DNA of 44,311 nucleotides from an uncultured Alphaproteobacteria bacterium (GTDB lineage: Bacteria; Pseudomonadota; Alphaproteobacteria; Rhizobiales; Xanthobacteraceae), in the NCBI GenBank assembly GCA_965652015.1, contig CBFGVM010000001.1:1-44311 (forward strand), written 5' to 3'. A program made the position numbers and the translations under genes. The notes under the pieces are model-generated. The model was not told the DNA's origin. It did not search any database and saw nothing but the letters and a program-made list of their open reading frames with translations. How positions within the stretch are numbered: the first letter of the stretch is position 1; each line of letters begins with the position of its first letter. This document shows positions 18,938 through 30,200 of the stretch, one piece after another.

Positions 18938-20112
18938 CAGTTCGCGCGCGCGGCGAAATCGCGATTGAAGACTTCGAATGCGGGAACAGCGGGCGTCTGC
19001 GGAAGCAGGAACCCGGATCCGTAGCGAATGACCCGTGACATCACCGGGCCCAGGCCCCTCGCGAAGATATACGACGGCTCGGAATAGCAGCCTAACCTGG
19101 CCTTGAAGACGTCGCCCGTGGCGCCGAGCTCGATACTTGCGACCTTTTTGCGCAAAGCGCAGTCGAGCGCCGCATAATGCAAATTGAAATAGAGATCCAA
19201 CTCGTCATTGAAGTGGTAGTCGAGGCCGGCGTACAGCATGTAATAGGTCGTCGCGGTCTGCAGGCACCAGCCAAACGCGATGATTCGCGAGCCCTTGGAA
19301 AACAAAATGAGATTGACCTTGTCCCCCAAGCGGGATGCCAGCTCGTGCAGGTAATCGATGGTTAGAGCCTCGAACTTGACGCCAGCCCTGTCGCGCACCT
19401 GAAAATATAAATCGTGAACTTCGGGCGTGTAGGCTTTCAGGATCTGCTCGGCGTCTGTCAAAACCTTTATCTCGACGCCCGCTGATTCGAGTTTGCGGAT
19501 CGAGCGCCTGATCTGCTTGCGGTAGTGTGATTTCAAGGCCGCGCAATAATGCTCGAGGTCTGTGAATAACGGTTTGAAAAAGTACAGTGCCGGACCGGTG
19601 ATGCGTTGATACCCGAGACCGAGCAGCGGCTTGGTCCATTGCAAATCGTCTTGCCGGAACTCCCGGTAAACGACGGCATGCGCTCGCGCCGTCGCCGCCA
19701 ATTCGCTTATCACCCCATCGACGAGCGGAAGAATTTGCGGGCTCGCCTGCCGCGTCGCGAGAGCGAGCGTGTTATGTGCAGTGGAAACGGGCAGACCGCA
19801 AATCAGGACATTGAAATTTCGCAGCGGCAACATGCTTCCAGGAAAATGTCGAATGAACCAAGCCATCGCCTTGTCGGAGAAATCCGCCATGTCGAGCGTC
19901 ATGCCGGTCAGACAAGCGCATGCCGCCGGCCGCGTATCGTCATCGTATACGACAACGTACCAGAACCGGCAGCTCTGCTTCATGCTGCTCTCCACCGCGC
20001 CGAGGAAGCTCGGATCCATGATGATCGATGCGCCGGCTTGCGAGCGCACCTTTTCCCAGGCGGCAAGATCCACTTTGTCGATGGAAGGGAAGAGCCGATA
20101 ACTATGGGCCAT
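18937..20112 (-). CDS. FemAB/BioF2-like GNAT-fold acyltransferase (paralog A)
   Basis: The ORF begins at TTG 20115; I prefer ATG 20112 (MAHSYRLFPSIDKVDLAAWEKV...). About 391 aa. The C-terminal core IIAFGWCLQTATTYYMLYAGLDYHFNDELDLYFNLHYAALDCALRKKVASIELGATGDVFKARLGC is typical of the FemAB-like acetyltransferase fold. It is a clear paralog of 20273..21490. Confidence 0.8.
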   Translation of the reverse strand: MAHSYRLFPSIDKVDLAAWEKVRSQAGASIIMDPSFLGAVESSMKQSCRFWYVVVYDDDTRPAACACLTGMTLDMADFSDKAMAWFIRHFPGSMLPLRNFNVLICGLPVSTAHNTLALATRQASPQILPLVDGVISELAATARAHAVVYREFRQDDLQWTKPLLGLGYQRITGPALYFFKPLFTDLEHYCAALKSHYRKQIRRSIRKLESAGVEIKVLTDAEQILKAYTPEVHDLYFQVRDRAGVKFEALTIDYLHELASRLGDKVNLILFSKGSRIIAFGWCLQTATTYYMLYAGLDYHFNDELDLYFNLHYAALDCALRKKVASIELGATGDVFKARLGCYSEPSYIFARGLGPVMSRVIRYGSGFLLPQTPAVPAFEVFNRDFAARAN

Positions 20113-20141
20113 CAATGCATGGTCCTAACCATGGAACAAAT

Positions 20142-20157
20142 GCGAATTTGTATTCGC
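20142..20157. promoter_or_regulatory. perfect palindrome GCGAAT-N4-ATTCGC in the divergent GNAT-GNAT intergenic region (operator candidate)
   Basis: gcgaat (20142-20147), ttgt, attcgc (20152-20157). It lies in the 160-bp gap between the divergent starts at 20112 (-) and 20273 (+). Confidence 0.3.
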
Positions 20158-20272
20158 TCTGCGGACAAAGACAAGGATCGGGACCGCCGGAATGACGGCG
20201 TTCGAATGCTGGACAATCGCCGGCCGCTCCCCTAGGAGCGAAGCTCTATCGAACACACTCTCGCAGCCGACC

Positions 20273-21490
20273 ATGCTCTACAACTACCGGCTCTTCGACT
20301 CGATCGGCGACGTCGATCTTGCCGCCTGGGAACAGGTGCGCTCGCAAGCCGGCGCGCCGATCTTCATGGATCCGCGCTTCATTGCTGCGGCCGAGACCAG
20401 CATGAAGCCGGAATGCCGGTTCTGGTACGCGATCGTCTACGACGGCGACGGCCGCGCTGCGGCGTGTGCGTGCGTCACCCGCATGACCATCGATCTCGCA
20501 GATTTGGCCGATGCGCGCGTGGCCTGGGTCATCCGGCGCGCGCCCGGAGTATTCTCAAGGTTTCGCAAGCTCAAAGTCATGATCTGCGGATTGCCGGGAT
20601 CGCCCGGCGAGAAGACCTTGGCAATGGCATCGGCAAACGAGAGTCCGCACATTCTCCCGCTGCTCGATCGCGCGATATGCGATTTGGCGGAACACGACGG
20701 AATGGACGTGATCGCGTTCAAGGAGTTTGCGCAGCACGATCTGGAAGCGATGAAGCCGTTGCTCGAGCTTGGATATCGCTGCATCCCAAGTCTGCCGATG
20801 CATTTGTTCGAGCCGTCGTTCTCGGATTTTGCGCACTACTGCGCTGCCCTGAAAACGCGCTACCGCCAGCAAATCAACCGCTCGACGCGAAAGTTGAAGA
20901 ATTCCGGCATCGAACTATCGGTGCTGACCGATCCGGAAGAAATATTGCGCGTGTACACGCCGCAGGTTCACGCTCTGTATCACCAGATGGTGGCCAAGGC
21001 CGAGCTCAATCTCGAAGTGCTTCCGATCGATTTTTTTCGTCAGCTGACGTCGCGATTGAGCGGCGAAGTTGAGCTCATCGCATACTCCAGGGACTCGACG
21101 ATCATTGCATTCGGCTGGTGCCTGCATACTTCCGCGACGTATAGCATGTTGTATGCCGGGCTCGACTACCGGCTCAACGATCAGTTCGATCTCTATTTCA
21201 ATCTGATGTATGCGGGTCTCGATCGGGCTCTGCGAAAGGGCGTGGAGAAAATCCAGATCGGGCAATCCGCGAGTACTTTCAAGGCGAGGCTCGGCTGTTA
21301 TTCGGAGCCGCTGTACGTGTTCGCCAAGGGCCTCGGGCCATTGATGTCGCCACTCATTTACTATGGAGCGAACCTGCTCATTGCCGAAAAGCCCGCGCTC
21401 CCCGCATCGCACATATTCAAGAGCAGTGTCGCCGGCAGCATGACGGACGGAAAATCGATCGACAATGCTCGCGGCGGCTCTGCTGGCTGA
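20273..21490 (+). CDS. FemAB/BioF2-like GNAT-fold acyltransferase (paralog B)
   Basis: I prefer ATG 20273 (MLYNYRLFDSIGDVDLAAWEQV...), which aligns with the N-terminus of paralog A. 405 aa, with the same C-terminal core (IIAFGWCLHTSATYSMLYAGLDYRLNDQFDLYFNLMYAGLDRALRKGVEKIQIGQSASTFKARLGC). Confidence 0.8.
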   Translation: MLYNYRLFDSIGDVDLAAWEQVRSQAGAPIFMDPRFIAAAETSMKPECRFWYAIVYDGDGRAAACACVTRMTIDLADLADARVAWVIRRAPGVFSRFRKLKVMICGLPGSPGEKTLAMASANESPHILPLLDRAICDLAEHDGMDVIAFKEFAQHDLEAMKPLLELGYRCIPSLPMHLFEPSFSDFAHYCAALKTRYRQQINRSTRKLKNSGIELSVLTDPEEILRVYTPQVHALYHQMVAKAELNLEVLPIDFFRQLTSRLSGEVELIAYSRDSTIIAFGWCLHTSATYSMLYAGLDYRLNDQFDLYFNLMYAGLDRALRKGVEKIQIGQSASTFKARLGCYSEPLYVFAKGLGPLMSPLIYYGANLLIAEKPALPASHIFKSSVAGSMTDGKSIDNARGGSAG

Positions 21491-21549
21491 ATGATCGGGC
21501 GGCCCGGTCCACCGGTTCGGCGGTCGGCCTGCCGTCGCCAAACGATAGC

Positions 21550-24276
21550 TCAGGTCGCGAGGGAAAAGCCCAGCCCGTCAGCAACCCTGCCGAGATCCTC
21601 GATGGTGCGCGGATCAAGCCGCCCGCACAGGTGCTCGCTGCGAAATCCGGACAGCGCGAGTACGATCGTCTCCGCAGCGCATGCCAGCAACACATTGCCT
21701 CGGTCGGGCTCCTCGAGCAGGCCCAGCGCCGACGCTTCGGGCGCTCGCACGAGACCGCCGTCCACGATACGGACGTCGGGCCTTTCGTTGCCGAGATTGG
21801 GCGCGATATTGAACGGCCGCGAGACGTCGCACACCATGGCACACTTGCGCAGATGACGTGCGGAAATGAACGGAAGGACGGCGTTGGTGGCCGTCACGAC
21901 CACGTCCGCCCTGGGCAAATGCCGGTCGATATCCGTCGTGATGGTGATACCCGCGTCCACATTCGCGCTCGGCGTCGGGCGCTGCGTGCAGCGCCGTGCG
22001 AACGTGCCGGGAGCGAACCTGCGGCCGGAGGCGGCGAGCGAGGCCACATGGCGCTCGCAGTCGTCGGCCACGAGCCGCAGCCTAGCCATGCTCGCCTCGA
22101 CGGCGTCGGGATTACCGATGAGGATCAGCTCGGCGGCACGCTCGGCGCACAGCAGGCTCAGCGCATATCCGATGGCGCCAGCGGCGCCGACGACGGCGAC
22201 GGTGCAATCGGCGAGCGACTTCCCATGCCTGGCGCAGGCCGCCTCCAGCGCCTGCACTGCCACCCAGCTCGTGTAGCTGTTGCCGCTCGTCACAGTCACG
22301 CCCTTGCGCGCCCGTAGCGCCAGTCCGCCGAAGGTGATGATCGAGCTGAAGCCGGCCAATCCGACGACCTCGGCGCCGCGCTCGACCGCCGTATCGACCG
22401 CGCTCTGCACCAGCGCCACCGCTTCATCTTCCGAGAGCGCGACCAGCTCGGACGGCAAGTGCGGCAGCGCGACCAGCTCGCCCTCGGTGCGACGGCCATC
22501 GGCCGTTTCGACTGCGAGCTCGCCGAACGGGTATGGCTTGATGAATTCGGTGATGCGCGACTTCAATCCCTCCAATTCCGGGTCGCTGAACGGCTCGAGG
22601 CTGGGATCGAACCGTCGCAGGCTACCGGCGTCGAGCAGGTGCACGATGAACGCGAAACGCGCGCCGTCGCGGCGGCCCACTCTGCGCGGCGCAGCGGCGA
22701 CCGCCGTGGGTCGGGATGGCGCACTGAATGGAGGCGGCATGCGCGCGCGCGAGCGGCCCATGAGATGCCCGACTAGCTCGGCCGCGTCGCCCCGTTGCAG
22801 TGCGTCCAACAGCCGCCGCAGCGCGCCGATCAGATGGTCGCACAGCGCGGCATCGGCGATCAGCGGCGGCTCGATGCGCAGCACGGTGCCGTGAGTGAAC
22901 GATGGCGCGATGCGGATGCGCTCGACATTGAGCAGGTAACTGACCGCCACGTAGAGAAGCAAACCCTGCTCCTGCAACATAGCCAACATGCCGGTCTGGG
23001 TTTCGGCGAGGGCAGGGAGGTCCAGCTCGACTCCCAACATCAGGCCGCGCCCGCGGATCTCCTTCACCAGCAGCGGATACTCGGTTTGGAGCTGCCGCAA
23101 TTGCTGCTGCAGGTGATCGCCGATCGCGGCCACATGGCGCACCAGTCGTCGGTCATCCTTGGTCAGCTCCTCGATCGTCGCCAGCGCCGCCCGGCACGCG
23201 AGGGCATTGCCGGCGAAGGTGGAGCCGTGCCGCAGGTCGAACTGCTCCGTGTAGGCGTTCTCGGTGTAGAGACAGGCACCGATCGGCATCAGCCCGCCCC
23301 CGAGGGCCTTGGCCAGCGCAAGGATATCGGGTGTGATGCCTTCGGCCTCGCAGGCGAACAAGTTGCCGGTTCGACCGAGGCCGGTCTGCACCTCGTCGAC
23401 AATGAGCAGCATGCCGTGGCGGTGGCACAGCTCCAGAGCCGCCGCCATATAACCTGGCGGCGCGACGCGAATGCCCGACTCGCCCTGGATGATTTCAATC
23501 AGGAAGGCGGCGAAGAAATCGGGTTGGCCCGCCAACGCTGCTTGCAGCGCCGCGAGGTCGCCGAACGGGACCACGTGGAAACCGGGGACCGGAGCGCCGA
23601 AACCGCGCTGAAAGAATGCCGTATCGGTCGCCGACATTCCCGCCAGGGTGAGTCCGTGGAAGGCGTCGCGGGCCGCCAAGATCCCGGCGCGACCGGTGCG
23701 GCAGCGGGCGAGCTTGATGGCGGCCTCGACCGACTCCGCGCCGCTGTTGGTGAACACGACGTGCGCTAGACCGGGCGGAGCCACCGCAAGCAATCGCTCC
23801 GCCAATTCCCCTTGTGTCGGAGGGATCGACGCGATCACGAGGTTCGGCACGGCGTCTCGCCGTGTGCTCTCCAGCGCCTGCCATATCGTTGCCGGATCGT
23901 GACCGAACGGAACGGCTCCGAATTGGGCGATGCAGTCGGCGTAGCGATTGCCGTCGGCGTCGAGCAGGTAGCATCCTTCGCCGCGGACGAAGCTCTTGTC
24001 CAGACCGAGGCGCTGGTAGAGGAATCCCTTGTACGGGGCGACGTACCTTATGTAGGGGTCCTGCTCCTGCGCGTTCCAGTCCTTGAGCGACGCAAGCGCG
24101 ATCGTCTCGCCGTCGAGGAAGGATTTGCGACGCTCGTCGGCAGGCTCGCGCGCCGGGGCATCGTCCTTGGCAGCCGCCGCGTCCGGTGTGGAGACACGGC
24201 TGCGCTTGCGCAGGTGCTCCGCCAGTAACGCACGCTTCTGCGCGGGCGTGAGTTGCCCCAACCCCAAGCTGGACAT
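21550..24276 (-). CDS. fusion protein: class-III (omega) aminotransferase + acyl-ACP reductase (cyanobacterial AAR)-like NAD(P)-binding reductase
   Basis: The true start is taken as ATG 24276 (MSSLGLGQLTPAQK...), which overlaps the PKS stop (TGATG at 24274..24278). 908 aa. See the two domain features below. Confidence 0.85.
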   Translation of the reverse strand: MSSLGLGQLTPAQKRALLAEHLRKRSRVSTPDAAAAKDDAPAREPADERRKSFLDGETIALASLKDWNAQEQDPYIRYVAPYKGFLYQRLGLDKSFVRGEGCYLLDADGNRYADCIAQFGAVPFGHDPATIWQALESTRRDAVPNLVIASIPPTQGELAERLLAVAPPGLAHVVFTNSGAESVEAAIKLARCRTGRAGILAARDAFHGLTLAGMSATDTAFFQRGFGAPVPGFHVVPFGDLAALQAALAGQPDFFAAFLIEIIQGESGIRVAPPGYMAAALELCHRHGMLLIVDEVQTGLGRTGNLFACEAEGITPDILALAKALGGGLMPIGACLYTENAYTEQFDLRHGSTFAGNALACRAALATIEELTKDDRRLVRHVAAIGDHLQQQLRQLQTEYPLLVKEIRGRGLMLGVELDLPALAETQTGMLAMLQEQGLLLYVAVSYLLNVERIRIAPSFTHGTVLRIEPPLIADAALCDHLIGALRRLLDALQRGDAAELVGHLMGRSRARMPPPFSAPSRPTAVAAAPRRVGRRDGARFAFIVHLLDAGSLRRFDPSLEPFSDPELEGLKSRITEFIKPYPFGELAVETADGRRTEGELVALPHLPSELVALSEDEAVALVQSAVDTAVERGAEVVGLAGFSSIITFGGLALRARKGVTVTSGNSYTSWVAVQALEAACARHGKSLADCTVAVVGAAGAIGYALSLLCAERAAELILIGNPDAVEASMARLRLVADDCERHVASLAASGRRFAPGTFARRCTQRPTPSANVDAGITITTDIDRHLPRADVVVTATNAVLPFISARHLRKCAMVCDVSRPFNIAPNLGNERPDVRIVDGGLVRAPEASALGLLEEPDRGNVLLACAAETIVLALSGFRSEHLCGRLDPRTIEDLGRVADGLGFSLAT
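21553..22659 (-). other. domain: AAR-like acyl-ACP/acyl-thioester reductase (approx. aa 540-908 of the fusion)
   Basis: Compared from memory with Synechococcus AAR: FAFIVHLLD vs FGLIGHLTS; GLAGFSSIITFGG vs LGGFTSIIFENF; VTSGNSYTSW...CTVAVVGAAGAIGYALS vs FTTGNTHTAY...ATVAVVGATGDIGSAVC; NVLLACAAETIVLALSG vs QMFACFAEAMLLEFEG. The candidate catalytic Cys codon is at 21679..21681. Boundaries are approximate. Confidence 0.7.
22777..24054 (-). other. domain: class-III PLP aminotransferase (approx. aa 75-500 of the fusion)
   Basis: Motifs FTNSGAESVEAAIKLAR, IEIIQGESGI and LLIVDEVQTGLGRTG. The PLP-lysine context DILALAKALGGGLMPIGA places the Lys codon at 23308..23310. Boundaries are approximate. Confidence 0.8.
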
Positions 24277-27200
24277 CAGGCGCGCCCTTCCGACGCGAGC
24301 TCGCTCAGGTGACGGTCGACTTCCTTCTCGCTGAGTTCGTCGATGCGCTCGAGCAGGTCGGCAGCGTCCGCTCCGCTCAATGGCGGGCTCGGCTGCGCAG
24401 CGGGCATCCCGCCGTTGCCTGATGACTCGGCGCCGCCGCGGCGGTTGTCTTCGAGCAGCCGCTCCGCAACATAGGAACACAAGGCACTGATGGTGCTGTC
24501 GCTTTGCATGAACTTCGCAAGCGGCACATTCATACCGAGCTCGACATTGATACGGTTGCGCACTTCGACGGCGATCAGGGAGTCGAGGCCCAGATTGCGG
24601 AGCGACTGTTCGGTGTCGATACGGGCGGGTGAAGTACCCATCGCCCGTGCCAAGAGATCCTGGACGTAGGCCTGCAGCAATGACGGAAGCGCTGCCTCGT
24701 CCGCGTCGAGCAGGTCGTGCACGCCGGAGCCCGCGGACGTGCCCTCTTTTTCTGCGCCGCCATCGCTGACCAGTGTGGAATACCGGGCCGGAGTGCGCGT
24801 ACCCATCGATCGCAAGAGGCCCTTCCACTCGACCTCGGCCACCCCGACTTGGACGGCGTCGCTGGACAAGAGCTCGTCGAGCGCATCGAGGGTTTCAGAG
24901 AGCGGCATGGCCTTGAGGCCAAGCCGTTCGAGGCGTTGCGCAGTCTCCGGGCTTCCCGCCACGTGGCCAACCTCGCCAACCACACCCCAGTTGATGGTGA
25001 GAGCAGGAAGCCCGCGCGCCCGCCGGTAATAAGCCAGCGCATCCAGGAACGCATTGCCGGCGACGTAATTAGCCTGACCCGCATTGCCGATGAGGGAGGC
25101 GAGCGACGAAAACAGTACGAAGAAATCCAATGGAGCATCGAGCGTCAGCGTGTGGAGATTCCAAGCGCCGATAACCTTTGGCGCCATCGCCTTCCACATC
25201 CGCTCCTCGGTCAGGCGCTCGATCGGCGCATCGTCCAGAACCATTGCGGCGTGCACGATGCCTCGCAGCGGTCCCATCCGGCGCCGAAGTGTCGTGATGA
25301 CCTCTCTGGTCTGCTCACGATCCGTGATGTCCGCGGCGGCGACGAGCACTTCGACGCCGCGCTGCCGCAGGCTCTCCAGTGCGGCCTGCGCGGACGGCGA
25401 GGGAGCGCTGCGGCCGACCAGCGCCAGGCGGCGTGCGCCGCGGCGTGCCAGGTGGTCGGCCACCGCAAGTCCAAGACCGCCCAGTCCCCCGGTGATCAGG
25501 TAGCTTCCCTCCGCATCGACCGCGACGGATCGCAGACCGTTCTCGACCTTTAGTCCCTCGTTGTCCCGCATCGAGATGATCAGCTTGCCGATATGCTTGG
25601 CCTGCGCCATGTAGCGGAACGCATCCGCGGCGCGCGCGGCCGGAAACACGCGGTGCGGCAGCGGGCGGAGGCTCCCGCAGTCCACTCGCGCGATGACTTC
25701 CTGCAGCATCGAACGGGCAAGGCCCGCCCGCGCTCCCAGCGCGCCGAGCAAATCCGCCACGAACACGGAAATGTTCCTACGCAGTACCCGCATCCCGATC
25801 TTGCGGTTCTTGAAGATGTCGGTCTTGCCAATTTCGATGAACCGTCCGTATGGCCGCAGAAGCGAGAGGCTCTTGTCGATCGCGTCGCCGGAAAGCGAGT
25901 TCAGCACGATGTCGACGCCTTCGCCGTCGGTCAGCTTGAGCACTTCGTCGGCGAAGGCCAGAGTGCGCGAATCCATGACATGCGGCACTCCCAGCGCCGC
26001 GAGCAGTTGGCGCTTCTCGGGCGAGCCGGCCGTCGCGAAGACGATGGCCTCCGCTTGCAAGGCCAGTTGCACCGCCGCCAGTCCAACGCCACCGGTCCCG
26101 GCATGGATCAGCACGCGCTCTCCGCGTTGCATCCGTCCCAGTGTGTGCAGCGAATAGAAGGCGGTCAGGAAGGCGAGGGGGATCGTCGCCCCCTGCTCGA
26201 GGCTCAAATGGCGCGGCTTGTGCGCGACGAACTGGGTATCGACCGTCAGATGAGACGTCAAAGTGCAGGATTTGGCGGCGATGACCTCATCGCCCACGGC
26301 AAAGTCCGAAACCTGCTCGCCGACGGCGACCACGCGGCCGGCGCATTCCAAGCCGAGCAGCTTGCCGGCGGAGCCGTCCGCGGCCGCCTCCGCGGGAAGC
26401 ATGCCCATGGCCAGCATGAGATCCATGAAATTGAGGCCGGTGGCTGCGACTTCGATCTCGACCTCGGTGGGGCCAAGAGGTCGGTGGGCGACGCTGCAGG
26501 CGTGCAAGGAGTCGAGAATTCCCGGTCGCGCCACTTCGATCTGGAACCGTTTCGGGCTCTGCTCAACCGGCCGGCCCATCCCCTGCACCGTGGCCGGTGA
26601 TACCGGCAGCAGCCGGCGCACATATCTGAGTTCGCCATGCAGGGCGATCTCATCCTCGGCGTCGGTCCCGGCGTCCAATTCCGCGGCCAGCGACGCGATC
26701 TCCTCGCTGGAGCAGGTGGCCAGATCGACCAGTCGGCAATGCAAATTGTGGTACTCGTTGGTCGCGACCCTCGCGAACCCCCATAGTGGCGATTGCGCTA
26801 GTCCAAGCAGGTCGGCGCCATCAGCCAGCGGCTGGGCCGCATGCGTCACCAGCCAGATGTGATCGACGGCCATGTCGTCGGTCGCCGCGAGCGCCTGCAC
26901 CAACTGCATCACCGAGACGCAGCCCAGCTGCGCGGACGACGTGAACGCGTCGTTCGTCATCGTATTCGCCGCCCCGGTGTCGAGACTCCACAGATGTACG
27001 ATGCCAGCGAGCTGGGGGGCCTGCCTATCGAGGCTCTCCACCAAGCGCTTCATGTCGGCCGGATTGCCGCAGCGGATGCTGAAGTCCCTCGCTCCGCTGT
27101 GGCGGAAGTCCGCACCGTGCATCACCCGGATGACGCGGTCTCCGCGCTGCTCGAGCTTGCGGGCAAGCTCGGCGGCGGCGCTCGGGCGGTCCGCGGTGCC

Positions 27201-30200
27201 GGCGTCGGCGAACAGCAGCCAGCTCTTCGAAGCGTCGGATGCTTGCGACATCGATGCGGGCGATGCCGGCGCTCGAGGGCCTCGCGCGAGAATCACCGAG
27301 TGCTGCGCGTTTTCGGCCTCCGGGCAATCAGCGATGCACACCGTGCCGGTGAAGCCGGCTTCGCGCAGCAAGCTCCTCCACGTTTCTTGAGAAACGCAGG
27401 GCTCGTCCGCTCGCACGGCGTCGTCGAAGAGCCACCAGCCCTTCAGCAGCCCGAAGATCAAGGTCATGAACAGCCAAGGACGCGTCAGCTCCACGACCAT
27501 GAGCGTCCCGCCGGAGCCAAGGAGTTGCTTGAGCCGGTCGAGCGTGTTGCGCAGATCGGTCGTGGCATGCAGCACATCCGACGCGATGATCAGGTCGAAC
27601 GAATTGGCATCGAAACCCTGCTCCAGCGGGTCGCGCTCGATATCCAGCGTTCGGACTTGCACGAAGGGAAACGGGGCGAACTTGTGCTGTGCGTGCGCGG
27701 TGAAGCGGGGAGAGATGTCGGTGAACACGTATTCGGTGCAATGATCCGGCAGAACGGGAAGGACGAAGCTCGTCATCCCTCCTGTCCCACCGCCGACCTC
27801 CAGAATTCGCAACGCCTTTCCTTTGGGCAGGCGCCGCGCGATCTCGGCGACCGCTTTCTGCACCAACAGATTGTTGAGGCGGAAGCTCGGTGAATCCTGA
27901 TACAGCGCCTCTGCCGTCGTCAGCGTGCCTTCCGGAAAGATGAGGTTGAGCGGATCGATCTCGCCGCGCAGTACGGGCGCGAGTTTCTCTCCGCAAAGCC
28001 GAATCAGCATCAACTCGGCCTGACATTCCGGGAACTCGTCCCACAACGCCTTCCAGAGGCGGGACGGCTCCTCGTCCGAGTCGATCTCGCCGGCGGTCAA
28101 TTCCTTCAACATGAGCCGCAACCACCGGAGGTATTGCGGCGCCATACCTAATTGAGCGGCGAGTTTCTCGGTCGACAGCCCCTGGCGTGATGCCGGGGTC
28201 CAGCCCATTTCACGCAGCGCTTTCACGATGTAGGCGGCAACGGTCGCACGCGAGAGGGACTGAAACTCGCGCTGATAGCGGGCACGATTGAACCGCTCGC
28301 GCAGCATCTCGCCTTCCTGCTGCATGAGCGGTCCGAGCGCATCCAGCGATGGGAGATGGTGCGAGTCCCGACCTTGGCGTGTCGCCAGCCGCGGGTCGAG
28401 CTTCCATTGATACTCGTAGAGGGTGCTGAGCCTTCGTTGCGCCCCGGACCCGATCGGGCGCACGAGCAAGCCTTCTACTTCGACCACGCAACTGCCCGAC
28501 TCGTCTAGGATTTGGATGTCCACCCTGAGTTCGGCCGAGGTGCGCCTCGCCACGCGAGTATGGGCGAAAGCGCGGATCGGCGGCGCAGCATGGAAGCGCA
28601 CTCGCTCGATCTTCACAGGCACAAAGGTCTCGCCTTTGAGGGCCTGCCAGTTCGTCCATGTCGGCAGAGCCGCCAACAAGGTCTGAAAGCAAGCGTCGAG
28701 AATCGCGGGATGCAAGCGATAATCGGACAGATGCTCTCGTAAGCAGCTCGGAGAATGGATTTCGGCGAGAACCTCCCGTTCGTTCCGCCATAACCGCGCG
28801 ATGCCCTGAAACGTCGGGCCGTAATGATATCCGCATTCGGCAAAGCGGCGGATGCATTCGCGGTGGTCGAATGCCTCGGGGCAACGCCGGCGAATTTCCG
28901 CGATGTCTGCACTGGGGGGCGCTGATCCGCTCGATGACCTGACGCAGCCGTGGGCGTGGACGTCCCACGTATTCTCGGACGCATCTGCGCGGGTGCAGAT
29001 GTCGAATTCGCTCGTGGACGGATCGAACGCTACCTGCGCCAAAGGCGCCGCGCCCTGATCGAGGATCAGGAACTTTTGAAATTCGATATCCTCCACCACG
29101 CAAGGAACAGGCCCCAAGGTCTCGCGGGCGGCCGCCAGCGCCATCTCCACATATCCGGCGCCCGGAAAGATGACGGCGTCGCCGATCCGATGGTCCGCCA
29201 GGTAGCTCAAGTTCGCCGTGTCCAGCGCAACGCTCCAGGACGGCTTCGGTGCCTCTAGCCGGCTTCCGAGCAGGGGATGAACCGAAGCGCCTACCCGTAT
29301 CCGGCGCGTCGTTTCGGATTCGCGCCAATGACTGTCCGGCTGGAACGGATATACGGGCAGCTTGATGGCGGTCGCCTCGGCTGGATAGAGCCGTTGCCAA
29401 TCGATCTGGGCTCCAAGGGTATACAGCCGGCCGAGCGATCCGAGCAGCGCCGCCCGCTCGCGATCGTCCCGGCGCAGCGAACCCAGCGTCGCGCCGCCCG
29501 CTGACTTTTCCTCCAAGCACTGGGCGATGTCGTTTCGCAGGATCGGATGCGCACCGAGCTCGAGGAATATCGTGTGCCCGGTCTCGATGACCTTGCCGAG
29601 GGTATCGTGGAACAGGACTGGCTGACGGATGTTCCGGTACCAATACCGGGCATCGAGCTCGGATCCCGACAGAGCGGTGCCGGTCACGGTGGAAAAGAAC
29701 GGGGTCGTCGCCGGTCGCGGCCGAATATCACGCAAGCAGTCCAGGAGCTCCGCTTCGAGCTGCTCCATCCTCGGGCTGTGATACGGCACGTCCACGCGCA
29801 AGGGGCGGCTGAATACGTCCATCTCGTTGAGAGCCTGGTCGATCTCGCCGAGCACCGCAGCGTCGCCGGAGAGGGTGATCGACATCGCGCCATTTACCGC
29901 CGCGAGCGAAATGGCGTGGGGATGCCGTGCAATCCATTTGGCCGCCTCTTCACGGGAGATCCCCACGGCCAGCATCGTGCCTTGTCCGGCTGTTCGGTAT
30001 TGCAGGCGGCTGCGATGGAAGGTGACCCGAACGGCATCCTCCAGCGACAGCGCTCCAGAGATATAGGACGCCGCCATCTCACCGGCGCTATGACCCAGGA
30101 CGGCCGCGGGTTCGACGCCCCACGATCGCCAGAGCGCCGCGAGCGCAACCTGCAGCGCGAAAATCGCGGGCTGTCCGATATGGGTTTGCTGGATGCGCGA

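Noticed and set aside
24277-24828. 184-codon N-terminal extension of the aminotransferase::AAR ORF (ORF track 21550..24828)
   Set aside because: The extension overlaps the PKS ACP region and tail in another frame and is Arg-rich nonsense (RWRRRKRGHVRGLRRARPARRGRG...). ATG 24276 overlaps the PKS stop and begins sensible sequence.
28210-29643. 477-aa alternative-frame minus-strand ORF inside the PKS, with similar ORFs at 27328..28125, 25593..26600(+), 26841..27893(+) and 29547..30599(+)
   Set aside because: All are embedded in the PKS coding region. They lack motifs and have the Arg/Pro/Gly bias typical of off-frame translation of GC-rich genes.
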